A stretch of 64,000 nt of DNA from Candidatus Bathyarchaeota archaeon (GTDB lineage Archaea > Thermoproteota > Bathyarchaeia > Bathyarchaeales > Bathycorpusculaceae), in the NCBI GenBank assembly GCA_963815095.1, contig CAWFFH010000005.1, positions 64,001 to 128,000 of the forward strand, given 5' to 3'. Below are positions 39,123-49,121 of this stretch, piece by piece. The position numbers and the translations under genes are program-made. Every line of letters starts with the position of its first letter. Position 1 is the first letter of the stretch. A model generated the notes under the pieces. It did no database searches, was not told where the DNA came from, and worked only from the letters and a program-made list of their open reading frames with translations.

Positions 39123-39818
39123 ATGAGAAAACTTGGGTTCACTTTCCTTGTAGTTATCGTAGTTTGCTTAGTATTTTTAATTTCAAGTGGATGCGTATCT
39201 GCTCAAACTTCTAATGTTGTTACCGTTAGAGCGTTTCTCTCCAACCCGCAACCTCAACAAGGGGAAAACATTTCGGTTCTGTTTTTTTTCCAAAATAATT
39301 CGAATGATTCACTAACTATAAATTATGTTGGTCTACATTTTGATTGGATGCCTGCCGATAGCTTTTACGGCTTAAATTCAAGCAGCTCGCCTATCATTGT
39401 TCCTGCAGAAGGCACCTACACTTTTCCAAGATCAATTAATATTACGGTGCCAGCTGATGCAACAGTAAGCGTACATACATATTACGTTGGAGTTGACGGA
39501 ACGGAGGGCGCTTCAGAAACGGCGTTTTCCGTAAGTTCTGACGTAGCTGATTTCTTAGTGGTTAGTAACGGCCAATCTACTACTCCATCTACCAGCACAA
39601 ATTCAGGACAACCAACGAATCAACAAAACCTCATTCTATATGCAGCAGTTGGAGCAGCAATAATAATCGTTGTATTGCTGGTGTTAGTGCTTGTTATGCG
39701 GAAAAATCGAACAAAACCCAAGAAAACGCCAAATCAAGAAACCAATTTGCCACCCCCACCGCCACCAACAAGTCCTTCTGAAAAGAAGCCTACTTCCGGA
39801 CCAGACTTCGATATCTAA
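39123..39818 (+). CDS. Surface protein: signal peptide, Ig-like domain, TM anchor, polyproline cytoplasmic tail
   Basis: Signal ending VSA-Q; N-x-S/T sequons; TM, RKNR, LPPPPPPTSP. Confidence 0.75.
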   Translation: MRKLGFTFLVVIVVCLVFLISSGCVSAQTSNVVTVRAFLSNPQPQQGENISVLFFFQNNSNDSLTINYVGLHFDWMPADSFYGLNSSSSPIIVPAEGTYTFPRSINITVPADATVSVHTYYVGVDGTEGASETAFSVSSDVADFLVVSNGQSTTPSTSTNSGQPTNQQNLILYAAVGAAIIIVVLLVLVLVMRKNRTKPKKTPNQETNLPPPPPPTSPSEKKPTSGPDFDI

Positions 39819-39918
39819 TTTTTTTGAAAAACCAAAAAATCAGGCTTTAATTAGTTGAAAAATCGGTTGAAAAGCCTTATAGCTCCATCAACAAAGATAT
39901 TACCCTAAATGTGAGACT

Positions 39919-40596
39919 TTGAGGGAACCCCGCAACAACTCGGTCTTAACTGGACTCGCAGGCATTATGGTCTTAGTCTTGGCGCTCTCATATTTTTGCC
40001 CTACTTTACAAGCTCAAACCAATACAACCTTCACGCCTCAAGAAAAATTCAGCATACCCGCACTCAATGGCACTATCACTTTCGCCGTAAACGGATCTTA
40101 TTCATCAGTGGCATTGCAGAATCAAACTTGGAGTTTTACAAACCTAAAACTTAGAAACTCTCAATCTCCGGGAAACTTAGAGATTTCCGTTGAAAACTCA
40201 AACATGACCATCTACTCATACCGGAGCCCAGCTTTTACGCTTGGTGCAACGTTAAGCTGCATTGTTCAGGGTATTGGTAAGCAGACAATTAACTTTGGTC
40301 TTAACACTTCACGCTCTACCGACGCCAGCGAATGGTTTGTAACCACTCCAGGCGATAGTGGAAATACCATTTTTCTTGCTGAAGGCGAAGGCTGGGCTCT
40401 CTTACCTGACAACACAATAGTTCTAACTATCCTAACGGGCAACTTATCAATAACTCATTATAGCGGCTTCGAAGTTCCAAACAATTCGAACCAGACGTTT
40501 TTTGAACAACACTCAATATTAATCGTAACGGCAGCTTTAGTTGTGGTTACAGTTGCAGTTGCGGTCGCAGTCAAATTAAAAGTGAGGGTTAAATGA
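39919..40596 (+). CDS. Secreted protein with a C-terminal TM anchor
   Basis: Signal peptide, many sequons, terminal TM followed by KLKVRVK; ATGA overlap with the next gene. Confidence 0.7.
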   Translation: MREPRNNSVLTGLAGIMVLVLALSYFCPTLQAQTNTTFTPQEKFSIPALNGTITFAVNGSYSSVALQNQTWSFTNLKLRNSQSPGNLEISVENSNMTIYSYRSPAFTLGATLSCIVQGIGKQTINFGLNTSRSTDASEWFVTTPGDSGNTIFLAEGEGWALLPDNTIVLTILTGNLSITHYSGFEVPNNSNQTFFEQHSILIVTAALVVVTVAVAVAVKLKVRVK

Positions 40597-41855
40597 TGGT
40601 TTGGCAAAACGACCCCCTCACAATCATATTGGTCTACGTCTTGATAGTTGTCGTCGGTATTGTTCTTATCCTAAATTTATCTAAAGATAAAACCAGAAGA
40701 ATCAGCACATTAAGACTCTTCATACAAATAGCCGCTGTTTTCGGTGTATTCATGGGACTAATAATTGGTCCATTCAACCAACCCGGCTCGCTATTTTATC
40801 CCCTAGGCATTTCGCCCCGTGACCACTTAATCGGGGCTAACGTTTTAGGCAACCAATTCCCAGATGGCATCTCCCTCCCCATCTTAGCCTGCTACTATCC
40901 CAACGGGCGAACAGTTACCTGCGCAATTTGGCAGTTGCAAGCCTACATTTTTCCCTTCTGGAACTACCCTCGAGGCTATGAGGTAATCTATTCCACTTCG
41001 GGGTTGGAAAAAATAGGGATAGTTATTGGTATGTTGGTTGTGGCGTCTATTGTTTTAGGTAGGTCTTTCTGCGGTTGGCTCTGCCCCTTCGGCTTATACC
41101 ACGATGTCCTAACGCGAATTCGCAAATCCACGCGGCTGCGGCATCTGAGTTTCTCTGACAAAACAAACTCGGCACTTGGGCAATCCCGCTACATTATAAT
41201 CGCGGTATTCTTGATTTTAAGCGTCATCTTCGCTTCATACACCATTTTTGGCACACAACTTATTCCAGGAACCAAACTTGGCGGACCACAGGGAACCGAA
41301 GCAGGCATCGTTAGTAACATCAACGAGCCCTTCTGCCTGATTTGCCCCATGAGACCTCTGTGTATTTTGATAGAATGCGCCATTGGACAAATGAATTATT
41401 CCTACATCTCCCAAATCGTGTATGGTCCCTTCTGGATATCAGGCTTCTATTTGACCTCGATAAATCTGGCTGTTCTTGCCGTCGTTACGATTTTGGCTTT
41501 GGTTTACAGGCGTTTCTGGTGCCGAATCTGCCCCTTAGGAGGCATAACTGCGCTTTTCAGCACATTTACACCGTTCAAACAAATCGCCCTGACTAAACTT
41601 CAGAAAGATGAGCACAAATGCACTAAATGCGGTGTTTGCAAGCGTGTTTGCCCAACCCAAGCCACCGCCATGTTCGCTCAGAAGGGCGGAGACGTAACCG
41701 AATCCAAATGTATGCTATGCGCACGTTGCGTTGAAATTTGTCCGTATGAAGGTGCATTGGAACTAAAGTTTGCTGGGAAGTCTCTGATGAAGTCAAGGAA
41801 CTGGCTGGAAGATAAATCGGGCAGCAATCAACCCGAAAGCAAACAAGACAGCTAA
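40593..41855 (+). CDS. NapH/MauN-like membrane [4Fe-4S] protein
   Basis: GRSFCGWLCPFG, FCLICP, RFWCRICPLG, two CxxCxxCxxxCP motifs, multiple TM helices. Confidence 0.85.
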   Translation: MMVWQNDPLTIILVYVLIVVVGIVLILNLSKDKTRRISTLRLFIQIAAVFGVFMGLIIGPFNQPGSLFYPLGISPRDHLIGANVLGNQFPDGISLPILACYYPNGRTVTCAIWQLQAYIFPFWNYPRGYEVIYSTSGLEKIGIVIGMLVVASIVLGRSFCGWLCPFGLYHDVLTRIRKSTRLRHLSFSDKTNSALGQSRYIIIAVFLILSVIFASYTIFGTQLIPGTKLGGPQGTEAGIVSNINEPFCLICPMRPLCILIECAIGQMNYSYISQIVYGPFWISGFYLTSINLAVLAVVTILALVYRRFWCRICPLGGITALFSTFTPFKQIALTKLQKDEHKCTKCGVCKRVCPTQATAMFAQKGGDVTESKCMLCARCVEICPYEGALELKFAGKSLMKSRNWLEDKSGSNQPESKQDS

Positions 41856-42050
41856 TCTAAATTCACATAAATACTTTGGTTATATTTAACATCTAACATA
41901 AGTGAACTAATTCTTGCGTCACAGATGCTTTCGGTTTTTAGGCTAACGCAAGGTTACTAATTTGACTCGAAGTATTAACCACAGAATACGTCCCTGCAAG
42001 AGTATTGAGAATTAAAGATTTACAATAAAAAAATTTTATTTGTTATTGTT

Positions 42051-42128
42051 TGGTGGACGAGGCGGGATTTGAACCCGCGACCTCCACGATGCCAACGTGG
42101 CGATCATGCCAGACTGATCTACTCGCCC
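42051..42128 (-). tRNA. tRNA-Ala (GGC), intronless, CCA encoded
   Basis: GGGCGAG/CTCGTCC acceptor stem with G3:U70; CCACG-TTGGCAT-CGTGG anticodon arm; GGTTCAAATCC T-loop. Confidence 0.97.
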
Positions 42129-42164
42129 AAATTTTATCTGGCTTCAGAAAGTTACCCCGCCTCG

Positions 42165-42180
42165 TTTAATAAGCATTTCT
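42165..42180 (-). promoter_or_regulatory. BRE-TATA promoter of tRNA-Ala
   Basis: AGAAATGCTTATTAAA on the minus strand, about 37 nt upstream of the mature 5' end. Confidence 0.55.
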
Positions 42181-42264
42181 TATGGACATGTTGGTTTAGA
42201 AATGTGGCGCGTATCTTTTTATACGGCAAACGCAAATAGAAAAGCCAAGCAAGGTGCAAATATC

Positions 42265-43317
42265 ATGCCTAAAGTTAAAGTTGCATTAATTGGCGTTGGA
42301 AACTGCGCCTCATCATTCATCCAAGGCATCCAATACTACGGAAAACTTGACAAACTTGAGAACAATGTTGGATTACGTCATCCCTTTTTGGCAAATTTAA
42401 GCCCCAAAGACATAGAAGTTGTTGCGGCGTTTGACGTGGATGGCCGCAAAGTGGGCGAAGACATATCCGAAGCTATTTTTGCCTCACCAAACAACGCGCC
42501 CAAAGTATCTGATGTCCCGCCAATGGGTGTTAAAGTTAGCAAAGGACTATTGCTTGACGGTGTGGGAAACTCAACAAAAGCCCTAATCCAAGTCAGTAAA
42601 GCCCCTGACGCGGACGCAGTAAAAGTTCTCAAAGCAGCAGGAGCGGAAGTCATGGTTAATTTGCTTCCCTCTGGAGCAGCCAAAGCCACAGAATGGTACG
42701 CAGAACAAGCACTCGCAGCAGGATGCGCCTTTGTTAACGCTACACCAAACTTCATTGCAAGCGACCCAGCATGGGCAAAAAAGTTTGACGCAGCAAAACT
42801 TCCACTTGTCGGCGACGACTTAGTTGACCAAGTCGGCTCAACTGCACTGCACAAGACCCTGCTAAAGTTGCTCTCTGATAACGGTGTTCACATAAACGAA
42901 ACCTACCAGTTAGACGTTGGCGGAGGAACCGAATCCGTCGACACCATGGACCGCACACGCGACGCAAAACGTAACATCAAAACCGAATCCGTAGCCGCTT
43001 CAATACCATACAAAGCCGAAATCGTTGCAGGCTCAACTGACTACGTTGATTTTCTGCAGAACAAACGTGACAGTTACTTCTGGATTAGCGGCGTCTACTT
43101 CTGCAATGCACCTATGAAAATTGACCTCAAATTCCAAACCGTTGATGCCCCAAACGCAGGGTCCGTGCTCTTTGATGTTGTGAGAGCAATGAAGCTTGCA
43201 ATAGACAAGAAGCTTAAAGGCGCTGTAGAGCCGGTTTGTGCCTACGCGTTTAAGCGTCCGCCACAGATGGTGCCGATTGACATTGCAGACAAAGAATTCC
43301 AGAAATTCGTTGCCTAA
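42265..43317 (+). CDS. Myo-inositol-1-phosphate synthase family protein (divergent)
   Basis: IGVGNCASS..QG, VAAFDVD.RKVG, YA..AL.AG.AFVN.TP, GDD..QVG.T; several catalytic-loop substitutions. Confidence 0.8.
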   Translation: MPKVKVALIGVGNCASSFIQGIQYYGKLDKLENNVGLRHPFLANLSPKDIEVVAAFDVDGRKVGEDISEAIFASPNNAPKVSDVPPMGVKVSKGLLLDGVGNSTKALIQVSKAPDADAVKVLKAAGAEVMVNLLPSGAAKATEWYAEQALAAGCAFVNATPNFIASDPAWAKKFDAAKLPLVGDDLVDQVGSTALHKTLLKLLSDNGVHINETYQLDVGGGTESVDTMDRTRDAKRNIKTESVAASIPYKAEIVAGSTDYVDFLQNKRDSYFWISGVYFCNAPMKIDLKFQTVDAPNAGSVLFDVVRAMKLAIDKKLKGAVEPVCAYAFKRPPQMVPIDIADKEFQKFVA

Positions 43318-43398
43318 CTATTTCAATATTTTTTAATTTTTTTTGTTTTTTCACAAAGTATTTTAATCCGAAAAACTGACTCTCATCTAGGTCTTTCT

Positions 43399-44082
43399 AT
43401 GTACAAACCTGTTGCGGCAATTTTGATCTTCGCTTTCATGTTTGGATCTTTAGTTGCAGTTGAAGGTCAGCCTGCTGTGGGTGTTAAGATAGGAGATTGG
43501 ATTGAGTACACCGTTAAAACTACAGGTACACCCCAACCTGAGCAAGATATAACTTGGGCGAGAATTGAGATTTTAGACTTTGAGGGCGAAGCATTTCACG
43601 CAAACTTTACTGTCAAATACGTTAATGGAACCATATCAAGTGGCATCAGGGAATTCAATTTTAGTTCTGGACAAGTTCAAGCTTGGATAATTATCCCCGC
43701 AAACCTAGGCGCTGGAGACATTTTCTTCGATTCATCCATAAACAGTAACGTAACTATTCAAGGCCAACTGCACAAAACTATTGCTGGTGCAGACCGAGCA
43801 GTTACCTATACAAACACGACTGAGCGACATAAGGAATGGGATAAAGCAACAGGTGTTTATGTGCAAAGCGTTGACAACTTGGGAACTTACACCATTAATG
43901 CGGAAGCGTCGGCAACAAATATGTGGAGTCCACAAATCCTCAGGTTAGATTCAACGGTGTTCTATTCCGTTATTGTCGCAGTCATTGTGGCAATTGTGAT
44001 AATTGTTTCATTGTTGGTTTTGGCTCAGAAAAAGAAACGGATCAATCGCTCTAAATCAGTGGGTCAATCTCAGGTTGTATGA
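43399..44082 (+). CDS. Secreted protein with a C-terminal TM anchor
   Basis: Signal peptide, GVKIGDWIEY, WDKATGV, TM followed by KKKR. Confidence 0.75.
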   Translation: MYKPVAAILIFAFMFGSLVAVEGQPAVGVKIGDWIEYTVKTTGTPQPEQDITWARIEILDFEGEAFHANFTVKYVNGTISSGIREFNFSSGQVQAWIIIPANLGAGDIFFDSSINSNVTIQGQLHKTIAGADRAVTYTNTTERHKEWDKATGVYVQSVDNLGTYTINAEASATNMWSPQILRLDSTVFYSVIVAVIVAIVIIVSLLVLAQKKKRINRSKSVGQSQVV

Positions 44083-44126
44083 AGGCGATCAAAGAAATTC
44101 ATGAAAAATTGAAGAAGTGTAGGTAT

Positions 44127-45227
44127 CTAAAGTTTTTCAAGTTCGCTGATAACTTTCTCCCGGAACCCGTTTTGTTTGAGTGTATCTTTTAGTGTGTTTA
44201 TAGTTCTAACTGGTGTAGGATCTACTCCATGCAGGACAGCCAAGTAGACGCTTGTGAAGTCGCCGACAAGTATTGTTGATAGCATCTTTGCCAAGACGCT
44301 TTTACCCTGAACTTCCAAATCAAACATTACTAAACCCCTTTGCTCCATAATTTGTTTGGTAGTTTCAATTCGGCTTTCAATTTCCGCTGGTTCTGCACTG
44401 TCTCGAATGAAGATAATCGAAAAATATTTGCATTGTTCGCCTCGTCCTTCCCAACCTACAACCTCGTTATGGTCTAGCTCAGGGAAAAACTCCCATTTCG
44501 CCGCGGATTTGCTGTTTTCGTTAAATTGTTGCTTAAACCGTTGGGCTACGCTGCGGTAGAAGCCAAAGCCGTAGATGGTTGGAGCGCTTTCGCCGACGTG
44601 TGTGGCTACTGTTTTTGCAAAGTTATCTCTAGTTAGTGTTTCTGGCCCGTTTTCTTGGCTGATTTTCTCCAGCAACGGTATTGCTTCGTTAAGTTCTTCT
44701 TTTACGCCTTTAACTAAACCCGCTTTTTCCATGTAAACCAAAAGTGGCAAAAGCATATACGGCAAAGCAGCACGAGGAGGCATGCCGCTAGGAACCTGAA
44801 GGTAGGGCACTTTATGTTTTTGAGCGTATTTTAAGACGGCGCCACCGCTGCTTATGCAGTAAATCATGCATTTGCGTTTTAGAGCATCAAGAAAACTGGA
44901 CAGCGTCTCTTCTGTATCGCCTGAGTAACTCGTGATGAAAACCAATGTTTTCTTGTTAGCGTATGCTGGTAGTTTGTATTCTCGGCTGACCTCGATGGGC
45001 ACGGATAGTTGTGTTTTTGCCCAGTCTTTGAGTAAGTCGCCGCCGATGGCAGAACCACCTAAACCCGCTACCACAATGTTGCTGGGTTTCGGGTAATCAA
45101 CGATTATTCTTTCGGCGTTTTTGGCTGCTTCACGATAATGCCTAGCCGCCTCTACAGAAAAATTGAGCATTCCACTCTTGTCAACAGAATATATCTTTTC
45201 AACATTATCTAAAATGGGGGTTACCAA
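44127..45227 (-). CDS. Bifunctional phosphoglucose/phosphomannose isomerase
   Basis: GLGGSAIGGD, SYSGDTEET, PRAALP, QQFNENSK, PELDHNEV, GVDPTPV; likely TTG start at 45227. Confidence 0.92.
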   Translation of the reverse strand: MVTPILDNVEKIYSVDKSGMLNFSVEAARHYREAAKNAERIIVDYPKPSNIVVAGLGGSAIGGDLLKDWAKTQLSVPIEVSREYKLPAYANKKTLVFITSYSGDTEETLSSFLDALKRKCMIYCISSGGAVLKYAQKHKVPYLQVPSGMPPRAALPYMLLPLLVYMEKAGLVKGVKEELNEAIPLLEKISQENGPETLTRDNFAKTVATHVGESAPTIYGFGFYRSVAQRFKQQFNENSKSAAKWEFFPELDHNEVVGWEGRGEQCKYFSIIFIRDSAEPAEIESRIETTKQIMEQRGLVMFDLEVQGKSVLAKMLSTILVGDFTSVYLAVLHGVDPTPVRTINTLKDTLKQNGFREKVISELEKL

Positions 45228-45317
45228 TCGCTTGATCCTCCAAATAACACGCAGTTTTATATCTCGTCTCCTCCTTTTAAGCACAACGCAGACTTCAAGC
45301 TTCAAGAGGGATAATGT

Positions 45318-46172
45318 ATGAACAAAACGAAACTTTCAATCGCGATCCCAGCATCCACAATCTCCGATACTCCTCACCTACGAGAGAAAACAGCCAAGAT
45401 TGGCTTAATTGGACGCTCCGCGGCGATTTTTCGGGTAGACGAAATCATAGTATACCCAGACTGCCCCAAAGTGGACCAGCGGCGCGATTTGGATTTTATT
45501 GCACTTTTGCTCTCATATTTGGAGACGCCTCAGTACCTTCGAAAAGCCCTGTTTAGGCTTGAGGCAGATTTGGAGTATGCCGGAATCCTGCCCCCACTGC
45601 GTACGCCTCATCATCCTTTGAGTGGCAAAACTAAGCATCTGCAGGTAGGTGAGTTCCGAGAGGGCGTAGTTTTGTCTGAAACCAAAGACGGTTTAATTGT
45701 TGACATTGGAGTTCAGCAGCCAGCCCTTTTGAGACAAAAAGGGTTCGGTGTCGGCTGCCGTTTAACTTTGCAAGTAATTAACATTGGACGACAGATAGAA
45801 GTTCAAGCTGCAAATCGCGAAGATATTCCGCAATATTGGGGCTACCAGGTTCGGGTCGATAAAGGTTCGTTTGGGAAAATGGTCGCTGAGAGCGATTTTG
45901 ATTTAAAGATAGCCACGGCAAGGGTGGGTGATAATTTTGCGGATGTTGCAAGCAAGATAGGCTCGAAATGGGTGGATAGTCAGCGGGTTTTGGTGGCGTT
46001 TGGTGCTCCGTCGCGTGGGTTACATGAGATTGCTGAGGCTGAAGGCTTAAAAATCGCAGAAATTACCGATTTCGTGGTGAATACGGTTCCAAATCAGGGT
46101 ACAGCAACAGTTCGTACTGAAGAGGCGCTCTTGGCGTCATTGGCTATCTTTAACGTTTATTTCAACTGCTAA
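45318..46172 (+). CDS. SPOUT RNA methyltransferase (COG2106/DUF171)
   Basis: IG.IGRSAAIFRVDEI, YLETPQYLRK, G.LPPLRTPHH, NTVPNQGTATVRTEEA. Confidence 0.9.
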   Translation: MNKTKLSIAIPASTISDTPHLREKTAKIGLIGRSAAIFRVDEIIVYPDCPKVDQRRDLDFIALLLSYLETPQYLRKALFRLEADLEYAGILPPLRTPHHPLSGKTKHLQVGEFREGVVLSETKDGLIVDIGVQQPALLRQKGFGVGCRLTLQVINIGRQIEVQAANREDIPQYWGYQVRVDKGSFGKMVAESDFDLKIATARVGDNFADVASKIGSKWVDSQRVLVAFGAPSRGLHEIAEAEGLKIAEITDFVVNTVPNQGTATVRTEEALLASLAIFNVYFNC

Positions 46173-46243
46173 CCTTTTTCTTAGGCGTTTTTCGGAGTTT
46201 TTGACTAAACAAATAAAAGCTTCTTTTGTTTATTGTGGAGTCT

Positions 46244-47389
46244 ATGCCTTCCCTTGACCTTGCTATGCCTATTGCATTATTACTTGTGGTAACAGTTGCC
46301 ATGCTTCTAAACAAGCGAATAGAAGGAAAACTAATGGCGACCGTTGAGGAAAAAGAGTTCAAAACACGTGACATAATTCTTCTAGTTGTTTTCATGGCTA
46401 TCATAATTACCGTTATCTCCTACACATCAATGATTAGTCCAGGCGATGTCTTTCCTAACATTCTCTTAGTAATGTTCCTCTCATCATACACCATGTTGCT
46501 ATTCACGTTTTCCTACATATTTTCAAACATAACCAAAATGCGAGCCCAGCTACTTTCGCTTGGCTTTGGAGTAGCAAGCTTGGTTGCAGGATTTGCAAGT
46601 CTTTCAGGTTCACTCGCAGACAGTTTTACCGTTTACAGAGTCATAGCCTTTTTTGCTTTAGCTGCCTTCTGTTTTGGCGCAGCAGCTTTCGAGCAATTAA
46701 AAACCGTTTCCAAGCAAAGATGGTATGTTGCTGCTCAACCTCCAGCAATCTTTGTGTTATTATTTATTTTCTTAAACGTTATCCATAACGCAGGAACAGC
46801 GGCAATTTGGTATCCCTACATTATGGATGTTTTCGGCTTTACCTTTGCTATCCTAATTATCCTGTACCTTTCGTCTTTGTTTAGTTGGAAAACGGTGGGT
46901 CTATTTGCGGTTCTCTTAACTATCATGGACATTATTTTGGTAATAGGCACCGGAACCATGGTACAAGCTGCCACACAATTCACTGGATTAGGTCTTCCAG
47001 TACTGGTTTACATACCCAACGTACCATTTATTCATAATTCAGCGGGTGAACTTTTGAGCAGAGGACTTGGGTTGGGCGACTTTTTCTTTGCCGGCGTTCT
47101 CGCAGTTCAAACATTCAACAAATTCGGTAAAAGAACAGCCATCGTGTCGATCGTTGCGATGGCGGTGGCTTTCGGTATCTGGGAAGCCTTCTTACCTGAC
47201 ATCATAAAGGGACTTATACCAATTCTTGGAAGAAACATCCAGGGGTTCCCGGGAACTTTGATGATTATTTGTGGTTGGGCACCAATCATTGCGTGGAAAG
47301 TGCTTAGTTCAAGAAACAAACCTGTTGTGGCGCCAATTGCTGTTCAATCTGCCGAAATCCCTAAAGACCCAAGTTTACCACTGCAATAA
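46244..47389 (+). CDS. GxGD intramembrane aspartyl protease (presenilin/SPP-like)
   Basis: TIMDIILV (first Asp), GLGLGDFF (second Asp), FPGT (PAL-like), many TM helices. Confidence 0.8.
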   Translation: MPSLDLAMPIALLLVVTVAMLLNKRIEGKLMATVEEKEFKTRDIILLVVFMAIIITVISYTSMISPGDVFPNILLVMFLSSYTMLLFTFSYIFSNITKMRAQLLSLGFGVASLVAGFASLSGSLADSFTVYRVIAFFALAAFCFGAAAFEQLKTVSKQRWYVAAQPPAIFVLLFIFLNVIHNAGTAAIWYPYIMDVFGFTFAILIILYLSSLFSWKTVGLFAVLLTIMDIILVIGTGTMVQAATQFTGLGLPVLVYIPNVPFIHNSAGELLSRGLGLGDFFFAGVLAVQTFNKFGKRTAIVSIVAMAVAFGIWEAFLPDIIKGLIPILGRNIQGFPGTLMIICGWAPIIAWKVLSSRNKPVVAPIAVQSAEIPKDPSLPLQ

Positions 47390-47465
47390 TTTCTGTTGCA
47401 TTACTTAATTAAAAGATAAAATATTTTTGGGAAAAAATAAATTAAAAATAAGATAAAGGCTTATT

Positions 47466-47783
47466 TTACCCGAATAGGGCGCCTAATCCTTCTAATGCTG
47501 CTTCTTCTTTGGCTTTTTCTTCTTCAGCTTTCTTCTTCTTGTCTTCTGGAGCGGCTGCTGATTTTGCTTCTGCTGCTGGAGCTGCCACTGGAGCGGCTGC
47601 CATCATGGCTGGTGCGGCTTTGATTGCTTCATCAATGTTTACTTCGCTGAGTGATGCAACGAGTGCTTTAACTTGTATTGCGTCAACTGTAACGCCTGCT
47701 GCTTCGAGAACTTTTGTTACTGAAGCTTCGTTAATTTCTTTACCTGCCTTGTGAAGGAGCATTGCTGCGTAAATATTTTCCAT
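47466..47783 (-). CDS. rpl12: Ribosomal stalk protein P1 (archaeal L12)
   Basis: [17 protein letters not shown], Ala-rich hinge, EGLGALFG. Confidence 0.97.
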   Translation of the reverse strand: MENIYAAMLLHKAGKEINEASVTKVLEAAGVTVDAIQVKALVASLSEVNIDEAIKAAPAMMAAAPVAAPAAEAKSAAAPEDKKKKAEEEKAKEEAALEGLGALFG

Positions 47784-48069
47784 ACCTTTTCACCTCTTCC
47801 AACCTCTACATCGGGGTATTTTAACCTTTTTGGTTGGTCTGACCTTCCTCCAAGCTTGGAAGTTGATCGTTACCTGAAATGGCAATTGGTTTTGCCGTTT
47901 TCTTGCCGTTTAGAAGATTACCCTTTACCTTATGAACCTTTCGTACATATATGAATCAAGTTATAATCCGTATTTTTCTTCTCAGATTTAGGTGAATTTA
48001 TCTGCTGAGTCAACAACACTTATCTTTCAGAACAAACCAACAATGCGGATAGCATAAAGGTCATGAAAT

Positions 48070-49041
48070 ATGGGAAACATTACAGTGGCTATTCTTGGCA
48101 GCTTAGAATACGGTAGCGCCTTAGCCAAAAAAGGCACATCCACAGACATAACCCTCTACAACCTCAAAAAGGGCGAAGACACCGTAACTTTCATTGAACC
48201 CACACGCTACCCCGAACGCTTAGCGCCTCTCTTCTACGCTTGTGCCTTATCAAAAAAAGCTATAGTCGTCGTCAACGTGTTAGACTCTTCGTTTGGTGAG
48301 CAACTTGTTATGCTCCAGTGCAGCGATATAAAAAGCGGCTACATAATCCTCAAAAACTATGTTCCTAAAGAAAAAATTGAAGCCCTCATAAAAGGAACCA
48401 GCCTAGAAAAATTCGAAATAATCCCAGATGACCCAAACGCACTGCGCGAAAAACTGTTGGTGGAAGCTTCCAAACAAAAGACTGTAGAACTTCCAGCAGG
48501 ACAACAGGCGATTGGAGCAGTCCCCGTCGACCACGCTTTCAATGTTAAAGGCGTCGGAGTGGTTGTTCTTGGAATAGTTGTTTACGGTCTTGTTCAGAAA
48601 CATGCTTCTCTTAATGTTCTTCCAGCAATCAAAACTGCGCAAGTTCGTTCCATCCAAAAGCACGATGAAGAATTCGACCTTGCAGGTGAAGGCGACCGCG
48701 TTGGATTGGCACTAAAAAACGTGGACGTCGAGGACTTGGACCGCGGCACAGTTTTAACAAACGACCCAACAATCAAAAACTCAACTGCCATAAAAACTCA
48801 AGCAGTGCTCGTTAAATACTGGCAAACACCAATCAAGCCCGGCATGGTAATGCACATTGGCCACTGGACCCAATTCATAACTGCCAAAGTTGACTCGGTA
48901 ACTGAGACAGGCGACGCTAAAAAACCCGCCCTAACCCTAACGCTTGAAAAACCGCTGGTGCATCGCCCAAACGATAAAGCTGTGTTGATGTATTTGGATG
49001 GCGCCAAATTGCGGGTTGCAGGCACCGTTGACATTCCTTAG
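48070..49041 (+). CDS. SelB-like factor with a degenerate G domain (aSelBL)
   Basis: KKGTSTDITLYN and EP.RYPE without a P-loop; domain II VDHAFNVKGVG.V.LG, VRSIQ.HD, GDRVGLALK. Confidence 0.85.
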   Translation: MGNITVAILGSLEYGSALAKKGTSTDITLYNLKKGEDTVTFIEPTRYPERLAPLFYACALSKKAIVVVNVLDSSFGEQLVMLQCSDIKSGYIILKNYVPKEKIEALIKGTSLEKFEIIPDDPNALREKLLVEASKQKTVELPAGQQAIGAVPVDHAFNVKGVGVVVLGIVVYGLVQKHASLNVLPAIKTAQVRSIQKHDEEFDLAGEGDRVGLALKNVDVEDLDRGTVLTNDPTIKNSTAIKTQAVLVKYWQTPIKPGMVMHIGHWTQFITAKVDSVTETGDAKKPALTLTLEKPLVHRPNDKAVLMYLDGAKLRVAGTVDIP

Positions 49042-49121
49042 AAAGGAAACAGGTTAATTTTTGACTGAATGGCTGCAATAATCCATATAAGCCCACAGTA
49101 GCCATCCACCCTTGATTTGTA

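Noticed and set aside
41860-42128. tRNA-Ala as an integration site
   Set aside because: No integrase and no duplicated tRNA 3' end seen in the window
47925-47990. Minus-strand CTGAGA...ATAC...ACTTGAT...CGAAAGG resembling a TPP riboswitch upstream of rpl12
   Set aside because: The P1/P2/P4/P5 pairings and the GGGG/ACCC elements cannot be formed, and the context is implausible
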